A stretch of 64,000 nt of DNA from Prasinococcaceae sp. CCMP 1430 (Eukaryota > Plantae > Prasinodermophyta), in assembly GCA_013416795.1 (NCBI GenBank), contig RQSC01001332.1, positions 18,884-82,883 of the forward strand, in the 5' to 3' direction. The position numbers were made by a program, and so were the translations under genes. Of this stretch, positions 1-10,816 are shown one piece after another (position 1 is the stretch's first letter; every line of letters begins with the position of its first letter). The notes beneath the pieces are model-generated. The model searched no databases. It saw only the letters and a program-made list of their open reading frames with translations, and was not told where the DNA came from.

Positions 1-1707
1 CTCCCGCTGGGCGTCCTCCCACGCGCGCTCGATGGTGTCGAAGATGTGGTGGATTTCCTCGCGGAACTCGACCTGACGCTGCTCGGGCAGCGGGCAAGAG
101 AACTTGATGGCGCCGTCGACCACGCGGTCGGCATCCATCTTGGCCACGCCTGCGGGCAGCGGCGGCAGCGGCGGTCGATCGCGTTAGCAAGGCCGCACTC
201 CGCACCGCACCAATGCACCGATGCACCCACGCTCCACCGCACACTGCGCGCGCGCGCGCACCAGCACACACAGCGCCCCAGAATCGAGCGCGACGCACCT
301 GTCAGCAAATCCAGCAGCGAGAAGCGGTCCTCCGTCGACAGCTCGACAGTCATGCCGGCGTCGAGCAGCACGATCTTGGGCAACCGGCTCGCCCCGCGGT
401 CCTGCACCATGATGTTGCCCGGGTGCAGGTCGGCGTGCATGTGGTTGTCCATGAGCATCATCTTGAGCAGGCACGACAGCCCCAGGCGCGCCAGCGCGGC
501 ATTAATGGGGTGGCCGGGCATTGCCATGTACTCCTTGATGGGCACCGCGTTCTCGAAGGTCTCCACCAACACTGCGGCTGAGCTGAGCGTTCGCAGCGGC
601 CGCGGGAAGGTCACGTTGCGCCAGCGCCGGAAGTTCCGGCGGAAGGCGTCCAGCTCGACGGCCTCGGACTGGAAGTCCAGCTGTTGTGCGAGCGCCGCCT
701 CGAAGTGCTGGGTGGTCTCGCCCAGGCGCGCGCACTCCTTAGGGCGCAGCTTCGACGCCGTGGCGACCAGCTGGTTGAGCAACATGCAGTCGGACTCGAG
801 GTTGTCCACCACCCACGGGTGGCGCACCTTGACGGCCACCACGCGCTCCGAGGGGTCCGACACGCCGTCGCTCGCGCCGCCCAGCACCCAGTCCCACAGC
901 TTCTGGAAGAGCGTGCGCTCCGCGGCGTACGCCGCCAGGTCCTCGAGGGTCGCGCGCCGTGCGACGTCCTCGCGCAGCTTGGCGCGGTACACCTGGCCGA
1001 TAGAGCCACTCGCCACGGGCTGGTGGTCGAACTCCTCGTAGATGTCCTCGAGCGGGCAGCCGTACGCCTCCTCAAGCATGCGCCGCGTGTCCCGGAAGGA
1101 GTGCTCAGGCGCCGCGTCGTGCAGCTCCTCGAGGCGCTTGCGGATGGGCGCGGGGAAGATGTCCGGCCGCGACGCGGCCCACTGCCCCCACTTGATCCAT
1201 ACCGGCCCAGCGTTGCGCAGCGCGTTGAGCAGCATCCAAGCCCACACCTCCGTGCCGCCCACGGCGCTGAGCCAACCGCACAGCGGCACCGCCGTCACGC
1301 CCACCGGCACGAAAAGAGCCGCCAGGAGGCAGCCGCGGATGAAGAGCTTCCACGCCTTGAGCGCGCGACGCAGCAGTGCCGCGGCGCGCTGCGCCGCCCG
1401 CGCGAGCGACGCCTCGCCCCCGACCGCGGCGAGCGGCGCCGCCNNNNNNNNNNNNNNNNNNNNNNNNNNNNNNNNNNNNNNNNNNNNNNNNNNNNNNNNN
1501 NNNNNNNNNNNNNNNNNNNNNNNNNNNNNNNNNNNNNNNNNNNNNNNNNNNNNNNNNNNNNNNNNNNNNNNNNNNNNNNNNNNNNNNNNNNNNNNNNNNN
1601 NNNNNNNNNNNNNCGTGCGGCGGTCCCCCGCGGGACTGGGCGGCGCAGCGCAGCGCGCGCCGCGCTGCCACAGCGCACGCGCAGCTGCGCGACGTGCCTC
1701 GCGACAT
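1..1707 (-). CDS. ABC1/UbiB (ADCK2-like) atypical kinase; 3' end runs off the window
   Basis: Manual minus-strand translation gives IKWGQWAASRPDIFP, PVASGSIGQVYRAKL, VAVKVRHP and HMHADLHPGNIMV...LLDAGM. A GT-AG intron at about 150-298 restores the frame. Probable ATG at 1707 with a transit-like peptide; N-gap 1444-1613. Confidence 0.9.
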
Positions 1708-1792
1708 CGCGCAGCGCGGGGGTTCGGGGGTAAAGTGGCCGGGAAGGGGGGCTGCGGGCGGGCGGACAGGCCGGACAGGAGCTTAGGGGCCG

Positions 1793-2527
1793 ATGGCGGC
1801 GTCGACTGCCGCAGCCGCACTCGGTGCGGCGCGGCCGGCGGCCGTGCGGAGGGCCCAGCAGCGGGCTTTGCCGGCGCGGGCCGGCAGCGCGCCGCTGGGG
1901 CGCCGAGTGGTGCCGCGCGCGCAGGCGTCGAAAAAGGAGTACGGCTCGTTCGACGACATGCTCCGCTCAGGGGGAAAGCCCACGCTCGTGGACTTCTATG
2001 CAACCTGGTGCGGGCCATGCGTGATGATGTCCAAGATCCTGAGCGACGTGCGTGCCTGCTCGCGCGCGCCGAGGGGAAAGACACTTACTGCACGCGCACA
2101 TACATGCAACGCGCGCACCACGCGCGCCCGCTTTCCCTCTCCCGCTCTCTCGCTCTCTCACTGCGGTGGGCTTGAACCTGCCCGCCAGGCTGACATGCGC
2201 TCGCAACCTGCGCATTCCTCGGCACGTCTTCGCCCACCCTGCACCCACGCGCTTGTCGCTCGCGCCCGCAATCGCCCTGTTGCCTCCCTTCGAATGTAGA
2301 TGTCGCCGCAGCTCAAGGAGAAGGTGCAGATGGTGAAGATTGACACGGACAAGTACCCGCGCATCGCGAGCCAGTACCGCATCGAGGGCCTTCCCACGCT
2401 CGTCCTCTTCTCTGAGGATGGCAAGGTGCTCGACCGCATGGAAGGCGTGGTGCAGGGGCCGCAGCTCGTGGAGCGCGTCAACTACTTCCTCGCTGGCCTC
2501 GAGTCGCAGCAAGCGGAGAGTACGTAG
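1793..2527 (+). CDS. TRXy: Plastid thioredoxin, y-type
   Basis: Transit peptide, then SFDDML...KPTLVDFYATWCGPC. Intron 2048-2299 (GTGCGT...TAG). Exon 2 reads KVQMVKIDTDKYPRIASQYRIEGLPTL. Confidence 0.92.
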
Positions 2528-2894
2528 GCCTCGGCTGCATCAATGCCCCAGTACGACTCTCTCGATTTCGACCGGCCAGAGTGTTGAGTGTACTATACAT
2601 ACGGACGCGGGCGGGCGCGTTTAGGGTTGAGCCTCTGCGGGCGCGGCATGTGAGGCCGCGGGGCGGGCGCGGCGCGCGCAGCCACTGGCGCCCGAGCTGA
2701 CACCTCCGCGCCGACTGCGTTTCATCAAACCCCGCCGTCCATCCCGCCCTCACCGCGGCGCTGCGGCGGCTGGCGCACGCGCTCGCGCTTTGCTGCGATG
2801 GCGCCATCGGACACCTGCCCTCGCCGCTGGCTGCCTTGCCATCCACGTCACATTCGCCGCCGCCCGCGCCCACGCCGGTGCTCGCGCAATAGCC

Positions 2895-3131
2895 ATGAGC
2901 GATTCCATCACCGTCGCAACCACCGGCGCCGACTCGCGCTTCCCGACCACCAACCAGGCGAAGCACTGCTTCACCCGCTACAACGAGTTCTACAAATGCA
3001 TCGGTGAGAAGGGCGAGGATGCCGCCGAGTGCGAGAAGTACGCCAAGGCGTTCCGCTCGCTCTGCCCGACCGACTGGGTGAACAAGTGGGAGGAGCAGCG
3101 TGAGGAGGGCATCTACGCGGGCAAGTACTAA
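2895..3131 (+). CDS. COX6B: Cytochrome c oxidase subunit 6B
   Basis: DSRFPTTNQAKHCFTRYNEFYKC...ECEKYAKAFRSLCPTDWVNKWEEQREEG, with the four-Cys COX6B pattern; 78 aa. Confidence 0.95.
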   Translation: MSDSITVATTGADSRFPTTNQAKHCFTRYNEFYKCIGEKGEDAAECEKYAKAFRSLCPTDWVNKWEEQREEGIYAGKY

Positions 3132-3645
3132 GCAGCGGAGCGAGGCCGCTGCGCGGGCCGCTGGGCAGGATGCCGCCCGACATCTACCTCCACCAGCCGG
3201 CTTGCGAGGCAGGCGAGTTGGTGCGCGGGAGTGGGGATGCGCGAAGGGGGTGGAGAGGCGCGTAGGGCTGGCAACGGGCGGCGCTGGTGCCCCTCAGCAG
3301 CGGTGCCCACAGCAGCGACGCCGCGCCCGCAGCGGCGCTGACCTCGAGACCACCCGCCATCGGGCTCCCTCGTCCATCGGCCGCGGTAATTTTTTGGCGC
3401 ATTTGTACACAACACGTCTCTCGGTGCGCCCTCGCCTAGCATCCCCTCACGCATCACCACGCACGCGGCCCTTGCGCGTCGCCCCCTGCGAGCGCCGCCT
3501 TGTGCCGTCGTCGCTGTCGCAGGCGCGCGCCGCGCGTCGACGCTGTGTCGTGCAAATGATGGCGCCCCTCCCGAGATTTACCTTGGCGCATCGAATGGTT
3601 CCGCGCGCGTGCCGCACCTGCGGAGCGCGGAGGCTGCCCCGCGCC

Positions 3646-4541
3646 TCACAGCGACACTCGGCCCTCCATGACGTCCAACGCATAGATCTCGAACCTCTCC
3701 AGGTCAGCCTTGATCACAGACTCAAGCACGGGCTTCACGAGCGGCTCCACGGCGGAGAGGCCGTCGGGCACCTTCGGTGCGAGCGCAGCGGTCGCCCGAG
3801 TCGAGCGACGCCGGTCAGCACGCAGGTTTGGCTGGCCGCCCCGGGGGCGCGCGGTGCGCCCACGCGCTCGGCGTCGCGCGGGGCGCCGGGCGCGGGGACG
3901 AAGCAGGTCGGTGGGTGGCCGATCGACCCGCACGCGCCGCTGCGCCGCGCGTGCGTACCTCATACGAGATGCTCATCTTGAGCACGCAGCCTTCACCGGC
4001 ATCGTCCTCGTAGAAGCGCACGGCACCGCGGTTGGGGTAACCATCGATCGCCTGCGAGGCGCAAAGCGCCGCGAGGCCACGCCAAGGCGCGTCAGAGCGC
4101 GCTCAACGCGCACGTCGCGCGAGGCGCGCACCCTTCGCGCGGTCCTTGCGGCTCACTCACCTTCCAGTGGATCTTCTGCCCGGGCACGGCGGCGAGGTTC
4201 CTCGCCGTCCAGCTGTACTGCAAACGCTGGCCCAGCTGGTCGAGCACTGCACGCATCGGGGTCGAGTCTGTCGAGAGCGTCCACTTGGAGTTGCGGTCGT
4301 CCGCCTCATCGACGACGACGCTCGTGACCCACGGCATCCACTGGGGGATGAGCTCGCGGCGCGACCACAGGTCCCACGCGACGGCGAGCGGCACGCGCGT
4401 GCACCGCACGCTCACCTCCGACTCCAGCCACGTGGCTGCGTGCACGGTCGTGCGCCGCGCCAACGGACGTGGTCGCCGGTGCAACGGTGCGCTCCGAGCC
4501 ACGCGCGCCGGGCCGCGCGCTACAGCGCTCGCAGCCACCAT
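3646..4541 (-). CDS. Polyketide cyclase/dehydrase (SRPBCC/START-like) family protein, probably plastid
   Basis: Three exons (4541-4161, 4051-3959, 3771-3646) splice in frame: AWDLWSRRELIPQWMPWVTSV...KIHWK/AIDGYPNRGAVRFYE...MSISYE/VPDGL...KADLERF. Confidence 0.88.
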
Positions 4542-4668
4542 TGCTGTCACTGCGCGGCGCAGCGCCGCGGCACGCGCAGCGCGGTTGCCGCCCGCGCGCC
4601 GTGTGGCACACCGGATTCGGTGGTTGGCGCGGCGCGAACGAGTGCGCCGGGCAGCCAGAGCGCGCGCG

Positions 4669-5412
4669 ATGGGCGCCGCCAATGGCGCCGGCGTCGAGGT
4701 GCTGGTGGACGACGCAGTGCGTGGGGCACGCTGCGAGTACCACGCGCACGCGCTCGACGCGCGCTCCGCCGACGGGCTGCTCGCGGAGCTGCTCGCGGCG
4801 CCCGTGGCCGGGGGCACAGGCCGGGCTGGTGCGGGCGCCGCCAGCGGGCGCGTCGTTTGGCGCACGCACGTGGACGACTTCGGCCCGCAGGACCGGCTGA
4901 CGGCGTACTGGGGCGACGCTGGAACGGCCTTCTGGTTCGTTGGGCTGCGGCTGGAGCCTGAGGCGTGGCCACGCTCTCCACTCCTCGCAGCGGCGCGTGC
5001 CGCTGCGCAGCGCGCCGCCGGTGATGGCGTCGCACTCACAGCATGCCTCGCGAACCGCTACGACGCGGGTGAAGGTTTCATCGCGCCTCACGGCGACGAG
5101 GTGCGCGCCCACGGACCGGAGCCCGTCATTTGCACGCTGTCGCTGGGTGGCCCGCGTGAGATCGTGCTCATGGAGCGCGAGGGGTGTGAGGGCGCCGCCG
5201 GCGAGCGGCGCCAGGTGCGGCGGCGGCTCGAGCCCGGCTCGGTGCTCGTCATGCGCGGCCGCGCGATGCAGGACGAGTGGCGGCACGAGCTGCCGCTCGC
5301 ATCGGGCGGCGCCGGTGCCAACCCGGTGCGCATCGCGCTCACGTTTCGCTCCATCGTGCCCGGGTACGAGGACAGCCTCGCCGCCACCAGAACCGCCGCC
5401 GGACACGCGTGA
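4669..5412 (+). CDS. AlkB-family 2OG-Fe(II) dioxygenase (ALKBH2/3-like)
   Basis: CLANRYDAGEGFIAPHGDE (HxD), ICTLSLGGPR, LEPGSVLVMRG, WRHELP (distal H), RIALTFR (RxxxxxR). Confidence 0.88.
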   Translation: MGAANGAGVEVLVDDAVRGARCEYHAHALDARSADGLLAELLAAPVAGGTGRAGAGAASGRVVWRTHVDDFGPQDRLTAYWGDAGTAFWFVGLRLEPEAWPRSPLLAAARAAAQRAAGDGVALTACLANRYDAGEGFIAPHGDEVRAHGPEPVICTLSLGGPREIVLMEREGCEGAAGERRQVRRRLEPGSVLVMRGRAMQDEWRHELPLASGGAGANPVRIALTFRSIVPGYEDSLAATRTAAGHA

Positions 5413-6088
5413 TGAAGAGGCGGCAGCAGAGCACCCTGCGCCCCGCAGCGCCCCTTGTAGAGGTAGCTACTGTAGCCAGCTCTGGATAGCTATAGAGAGG
5501 TAGAGATGGACGCTCGCGTACATACGGTTGGTCCCGTTGTGACAGGAGGACCTCGTGCTCACAGAGCTCTGTCGGCGCCCCCCGTCTCACGGCACCGCTG
5601 GTGGGTACACGCACGCACCCGGATGCACCCCCACGAGCTTGGTCAGACGTCCCACCTGCATGAGCAGACGCACTCGTGGCCTCGCTGCGTTGCGCGCGCC
5701 CGCCCCGACCCTCAGGGTCGCGGAGCCCGGCGCGCTCGCCTATCTCGGTCGGCGCGCTCTGCAGGTCCTCGCGCATGGGGGGCATCTCAGCTGTCGAGCG
5801 CGTCCCGGACGCGCCTGCGCCAGCATTGACAGCAACAACTCATGCGTGACGGAGGAGACGCAAATGTTGTTATCAATGTTCGGCATGGGACACATTTTCG
5901 CCAGAATATTCCTCGCAGCGCACATGTGTGCTCAACACCTGCGACGTGGCCCGGCGGGTGGTGGGGGGGTGCCACACCGGCGGCGGCGGGCGCAAGCAGA
6001 GGGGGCCTCGGCGCGCGCTGGCTGGTCCCGGCGACGGCGGTGGCAGCGGGTCGCGTCGCGGTGCAAGCGCGCACTGTGAAGCGCGATC

Positions 6089-7453
6089 ATGGCGGTGGCG
6101 AGCGCGCCTAGCGCGCCGCCGCCACCACCGCCCGGTGCAGTGCGCCTCGCGACGGTGAACGTGCGCTCCGTGTGCGACCGCTGGATGCAGCGCCGCCCGC
6201 TCCTGCGCGCGCGGCTCGCTGAGCTCGACGCGGATGTACTCGCCATGCAGGAGGTGCTCACTGGATCGTACGGCCAGGATCGGGCGCTGCTACAAGTGGG
6301 GGCCCACGACCTTCGCACGCACGGGCAGGAAAGGTCGCGGGAAACGGCGAAGGCCGACAGTGGCGAAGTTGGTCGCGCGAAGAGTGAGAGCAGCGACCAC
6401 GGCGAACTAGACGAGGTGCGCGCTCGAACTGCAGGCCGAGGCTCCGACTCGGTGACGGGGTATCAGACTGTGCTCGGATGCCGCGCGGCGCTGCATGCGC
6501 TCCGCGCCGAGAAGCGCTGGTACTGGGTGATAATTGCAGGACCCTACGGCCTGGTACAGCTCATTGGCTCCGCGGTCATGAGGCCGTTGCCCGCCGCCAT
6601 CGAGATTCTGCGCGAGAGGCTCGCAGCAGGCAGCGGGCGAATGTGCGGTAGGCTTTTGGCCGAGCTCCTGCTCCCTCTGAGGCAGATCGTGTTTCTGCCG
6701 TGGTACGGCAACTCGATCGCTGTGCGCGGCGCCGAGCTTGTGCCAGATGGTTCCTCATTGGAGCCACTTGCAAGTGCAGGCCAGCGAATCGCAGAGGACG
6801 GCGAGGTGGATGGGCCGGCCGTCGTGCGTCCAGTGGTCGGCACGCATGACTTGCTAAGCATAGGCCACATGCGCAGCGCGCACCGAGTGCTCTGCGTTGT
6901 GCCGGACGACCGAGTAGCGCGCACCGAAAAGCGCGCCCATGACCGGTCGCCGGGCGTCAGCAATGTCGCCGGGCGAGGAGTCGAGCGTCCGCAGCAGGAC
7001 GCCTCGGCCTCGGCTGGTACGAGTCATCCCCGGCGCATGTGGGTGGTGAATTGCCACCTGCATCATGACAGCGATGCGCCAGAGGTGCGCGTGCGTCAGC
7101 TGCAGAGCGTACTGGACTGGCTGGACGCCGCCGAGCACGAGCAGCCCTCCGACGCCACGGTGCTGATGGGTGACCTCAACGCCTCGCCTGACGAGCCTGC
7201 GCTCGCGCTGCTGCGCGACGCGGGATTCTGGTCGGCGCATGCGGCCGCCAACAACGGCCACGAGCCGAAGGCTACATACCCATCTGGCATCGAGGCCCCG
7301 CTCACAGACCAGGACCCGCCCGCGACGATCGACTACATTTTCGTTCGCGGCGCGGCGCGCTGCGTCGGCGCGCATGTGGTACTTACGCGCCCTGACGACG
7401 ACGACCCGACGCTGTTTGCTTCCGACCACTTCGGCATCATGGCAGGTGCGTGA
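6089..7453 (+). CDS. Endonuclease/exonuclease/phosphatase (EEP) family hydrolase
   Basis: LATVNVR, DADVLAMQEV, VVNCHLH, LMGDLNA, IDYIFV and ASDH catalytic motifs in one intronless ORF. Confidence 0.88.
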   Translation: MAVASAPSAPPPPPPGAVRLATVNVRSVCDRWMQRRPLLRARLAELDADVLAMQEVLTGSYGQDRALLQVGAHDLRTHGQERSRETAKADSGEVGRAKSESSDHGELDEVRARTAGRGSDSVTGYQTVLGCRAALHALRAEKRWYWVIIAGPYGLVQLIGSAVMRPLPAAIEILRERLAAGSGRMCGRLLAELLLPLRQIVFLPWYGNSIAVRGAELVPDGSSLEPLASAGQRIAEDGEVDGPAVVRPVVGTHDLLSIGHMRSAHRVLCVVPDDRVARTEKRAHDRSPGVSNVAGRGVERPQQDASASAGTSHPRRMWVVNCHLHHDSDAPEVRVRQLQSVLDWLDAAEHEQPSDATVLMGDLNASPDEPALALLRDAGFWSAHAAANNGHEPKATYPSGIEAPLTDQDPPATIDYIFVRGAARCVGAHVVLTRPDDDDPTLFASDHFGIMAGA

Positions 7454-7721
7454 GCGCGCGCGCGAACGTGTCTGACACGCACCCGTACGTAGCGGCGCTG
7501 TCGATGCTGACAGCGCGCGCCCTGCTGCAATTCTCGTCGGATGCGCCGTCGCAATACACAAGACATTGAGATGCGCACCCCAGATCTGTGATCTGCACAT
7601 CCTTTGCTGCTGCGATGCGTGCGTGATGCAGTGAAGTGCTGGTATGAGAACAGATTACTGTACAACAATAGAGGCCAGCAACGCGCGCGCGCGCGCGCGC
7701 CTCTCAGCGGCCCGAGGCGGC

Positions 7722-9125
7722 TCAGCCCGCCAAGTCCCCTAGCATGTCGAGCACACCCGCGAACTGCTCGCGAGCCTCAGCCTTGGTCCGATCGCCTTCA
7801 ACAGCGTCTGCGACGTCATTACCGTCGCTCCCGCTATCAGAGCCGATGCCTCCCTTCCTATCGCTGCCATGAATGACGTCAGCGGCGCCATCAGAGCCGT
7901 CGGTTTCTCCTCCGGCGTGGACGGTGGGCAACGGTGGCGCATGCGACTGCTCCCGTGCCGCCGCCGGATGCGCGTCCCCTACTCTCCATGGTGGCGGAGG
8001 CAGGCCCTCGTCGGGGACGTCGCCCAGGGCGCGTGGCTCCCACGAGTCGCAGAGGGTCCATGGGCCGTGTGACGTTGGCGGCTGCCGTTTGCGCTTCTTG
8101 CCTTTTGCACCACTCTGCGAGCGAGCGCGCGCAGCGGCGAGAAGACGCGCATGCGCCTGCTCGGCCGCTGCGAGCGCGTCGCCACTGTCGCCATCTCCGT
8201 TGCCTCCGCCCGCCTCACCCGCAACGGTCTGAGCCGACCCTCCCGCGTCGAGTCGCTCCGCCGCTGCCGCCGCCGCCTCCAGAGCGTCCGCCTCGGCCTT
8301 CCGGTCGGCGTCAAAGTGCGCATCGGCCGCCGCGCGCAGCTGCGCAGCCCACCGCGAACTGCGCGCGCGGCCAGCGCCGATGGCCCCGCAGCGGCCTTCT
8401 AGCAACGCCTGTGCCCACCACGCGAGCTCTGCGACATCCGACTGGGTGGATGCCTCGGCTGCGGCGACGGGGTCCGCGGCGAGCGCCACGGCCTCCTCGG
8501 CGAGGCAGGGAACAAGCTGCGGTCGTCGCACGGCCGCTGCACGCAACGCAGCGACGAGGCCCTCCGTCTCGCTACCTGAGGGTACTAGGCCGTCACGGGC
8601 AAGAAGCGCACGCGCGGCGAAACGCCCGTCCGCCCCGATGGCCTCGGCGAGCGCGCTCGCGTCCACGTCTGCACCCGCGTCCGCGTCTGCGCCGCGGTCG
8701 CCCGCAGCGGCGGCGGCCGCGCGCAGCTCGGAGCGCAGCTTGCTGCCGGCGGCGCGCAACGCCGCGAGCTGCTCACCCCAGTACCGCTCGGCGAGCCACA
8801 CCATTGCCTGGCGCGCGGCATCCTCGAGCTGCGCCGTGCCAGGCAGCACGTTGTGCGTCGCCTCGTGGCGTACGTCCACGACAGCGCGCGGGAGCCCTGC
8901 GGCAGCCGCGAGCGCTGCGACGGGTTGCGCGTGCCGCCGCGTCTGCTGCGCGTCGGCGACGGCATTGGCGAGGCGCGCGAGCGCCATGGCGGTGGCGAGC
9001 CGCCACGAATGCGCGCTCGCCGCACTCGCGTGCCCGGTGGCGCGCTCCGTGAGTAGCGTGGCGAGCGCGGCCGTCGCCTCGGCGGCAGCGGGCACGCGGC
9101 CCCTTGCGCGCCACGCGGCGGCGAT
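7722..9125 (-). CDS. LAS1: LAS1-like HEPN ribonuclease (pre-rRNA processing); 5' end unresolved
   Basis: AWRARGRVP...RLATAMALARLANAVADAQQ...GLPRAVVDVRHEATHNVLP...WLAERYW, containing the Las1 RHxxTH (RxxxxH) motif. No in-frame ATG lies just upstream. Confidence 0.8.
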   Translation of the reverse strand: MAAAWRARGRVPAAAEATAALATLLTERATGHASAASAHSWRLATAMALARLANAVADAQQTRRHAQPVAALAAAAGLPRAVVDVRHEATHNVLPGTAQLEDAARQAMVWLAERYWGEQLAALRAAGSKLRSELRAAAAAAGDRGADADAGADVDASALAEAIGADGRFAARALLARDGLVPSGSETEGLVAALRAAAVRRPQLVPCLAEEAVALAADPVAAAEASTQSDVAELAWWAQALLEGRCGAIGAGRARSSRWAAQLRAAADAHFDADRKAEADALEAAAAAAERLDAGGSAQTVAGEAGGGNGDGDSGDALAAAEQAHARLLAAARARSQSGAKGKKRKRQPPTSHGPWTLCDSWEPRALGDVPDEGLPPPPWRVGDAHPAAAREQSHAPPLPTVHAGGETDGSDGAADVIHGSDRKGGIGSDSGSDGNDVADAVEGDRTKAEAREQFAGVLDMLGDLAG

Positions 9126-9128
9126 CAC

Positions 9129-10453
9129 ATGTGGGCCGAGAGGCCCAAGAGGTTCGACGAGCTCGACGGCCGCATGCCCAGGCTCAAGCACGGCTGGAAG
9201 CTCGAGTCGAACCGCTTCCCGATGGTCCCCTANGGCTTCGACGCGGTGGCGGCGTGCGCGGCGGATGACGCGTGGCTCGCTGCGCGCCACCCGTCGCTCG
9301 CGCCGCTCGTCGCGAGCGGCGCGCTGCACTGCGTGCGCCGGCCCGACACCGTGCCGGGAGCGGGCCCCGACGCCTACGTCGAGCGGCGCACCGATGGCTA
9401 CGTCGAGCCGGAGCTCGTGGTCGTGCTCGGCTCCAGCCACCTCTCCGAGCGCAGCGCTGAGCACGCCGACGCCGTCGTGCGGGCTCTCGAACCGCAGAGC
9501 GTGGTCGTTGAGGTCTGCCGCTCGCGTGCGGCGCTGCTCGACGACGAGAGCGACGCTGGTGATCTCTCCATCTCGGGCCGCGACGGGGCAGTCGGCACCG
9601 CGGCGATGGCGGTCGCGCGGTCGCTGCGGCTCGGCGGCTCCGCGGCAATGCTCATGCGCGTGGCGATGGCGTCGAGTGCTGACGCGCTCGCCGAAGGCGC
9701 GGGTCAGCGCGCTGGGGGCGAGTTCCGCGCGGCCGCACGCGCGGCCGAAGCGGTTGGCGCGGAGGTCGTGCTGGGCGATAGGCCGCTGGAGATCACCCTG
9801 CAGCGCGCCTTCGCTGCGCTCTCGCCGCTCGACAGGCTTCGCTTCGCAGCCAAGATGGCGGGTGCGTTGCAGCAGGCGCGGTGGACGAGCCCATGTGCGC
9901 GCGCGCGCTAAGCCTGGTGCCCCGCCCGCGCGTGCTGACTCGCGCGCAAAACGCCACCGCGAGCGCAGCGTCTGCCGCCGAGGCCCGCCGCGCCGGCAGC
10001 GAGGCAGTGCGGGAGGCAATCGAGGCCGCGCGCACTGAGGACAGCGTTCTGGACGCCGCCGTTGCGGAGCTCCAGTCCTCCTTTCCGGCCATCCTGCGGC
10101 CCCTCGTGTGGGAGCGCGACGTGTACCTCGCGTGGTCGCTCAAGAGGAGCAAAGCAGTGTGCGGCACAAAGGCCGTGGTGGGCGTCGTGGGGAAGGGGCA
10201 TCTGCGCGGCGTTGTGCACGCGCTCAAGGCGGACCACGGGGACCTCAGATTCAAGGACCTGACCGGGGGTGCGGTAAGTGCACTGCGCAATCTCCTCTGC
10301 GGCGCCAGCGTGCGCACGCGCTGCGTGTGCTGCTCGCCCACGCGCGCACGTGCGCATGGAATCGGCCGCGTGTGCAGTAGCGATGCTGACGACGTGGCCC
10401 ATCTCGTCGCTAAATCGTGCGGGCGCCTCGCCTCTCGCAGCGCTCGCGGCTGA
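9129..10453 (+). CDS. TraB/PrgY/GumN-domain protein (plant-type)
   Basis: RTDGYVEPELVVVLGSSHLS, VVVEVCRSR, GGEFRAAARAAEAVGAEVVLGDRPLEITLQRA, LVWERDVYLAWSLKRSKAV, VVGVVGKGHLRGV. Intron about 9862-9968; possible further intron from 10274; N at 9233. Confidence 0.85.
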
Positions 10454-10816
10454 AGCCGCCGTCCAAGCGTGAGGTCGCGGCGCGGCTCGCCCGCGAAGCG
10501 GCGCTACTCGCAGGCTGCTACGCCCTGTGGGAGGCCCTGCGTCCCGTCCTGGCGATGGGCTGATCGCGCACTTGTAAAGTACGCCCACCACATTTGGGGG
10601 GGATTCACCATGGCGAGCGGGCAGCGCTTTCACGCGCACACTGTGGGAGCAGCAGAAGGGCATTGCGCGAGTGAGGGCTCGTGCCACAGCCCACGGGTGC
10701 CACATACGAAGCGAGTTCTTATGACAGCATGTGAGGCGGGGCGGAGTATGATGATGAGTCGGAAGGCCGTGCGGCTACGCGCGGCTGCGTGTCGGTGGTG
10801 CCAGAGCGCTGGCTGC

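Noticed and set aside
46-1041. Long + strand ORF (331 aa) and many similar long ORFs opposite real genes (e.g. 21328-22803, 30978-32852, 34967-36007, 59123-61456)
   Set aside because: Antisense or alternate-frame shadows of real genes; GC-rich codon usage removes stop codons from those frames.
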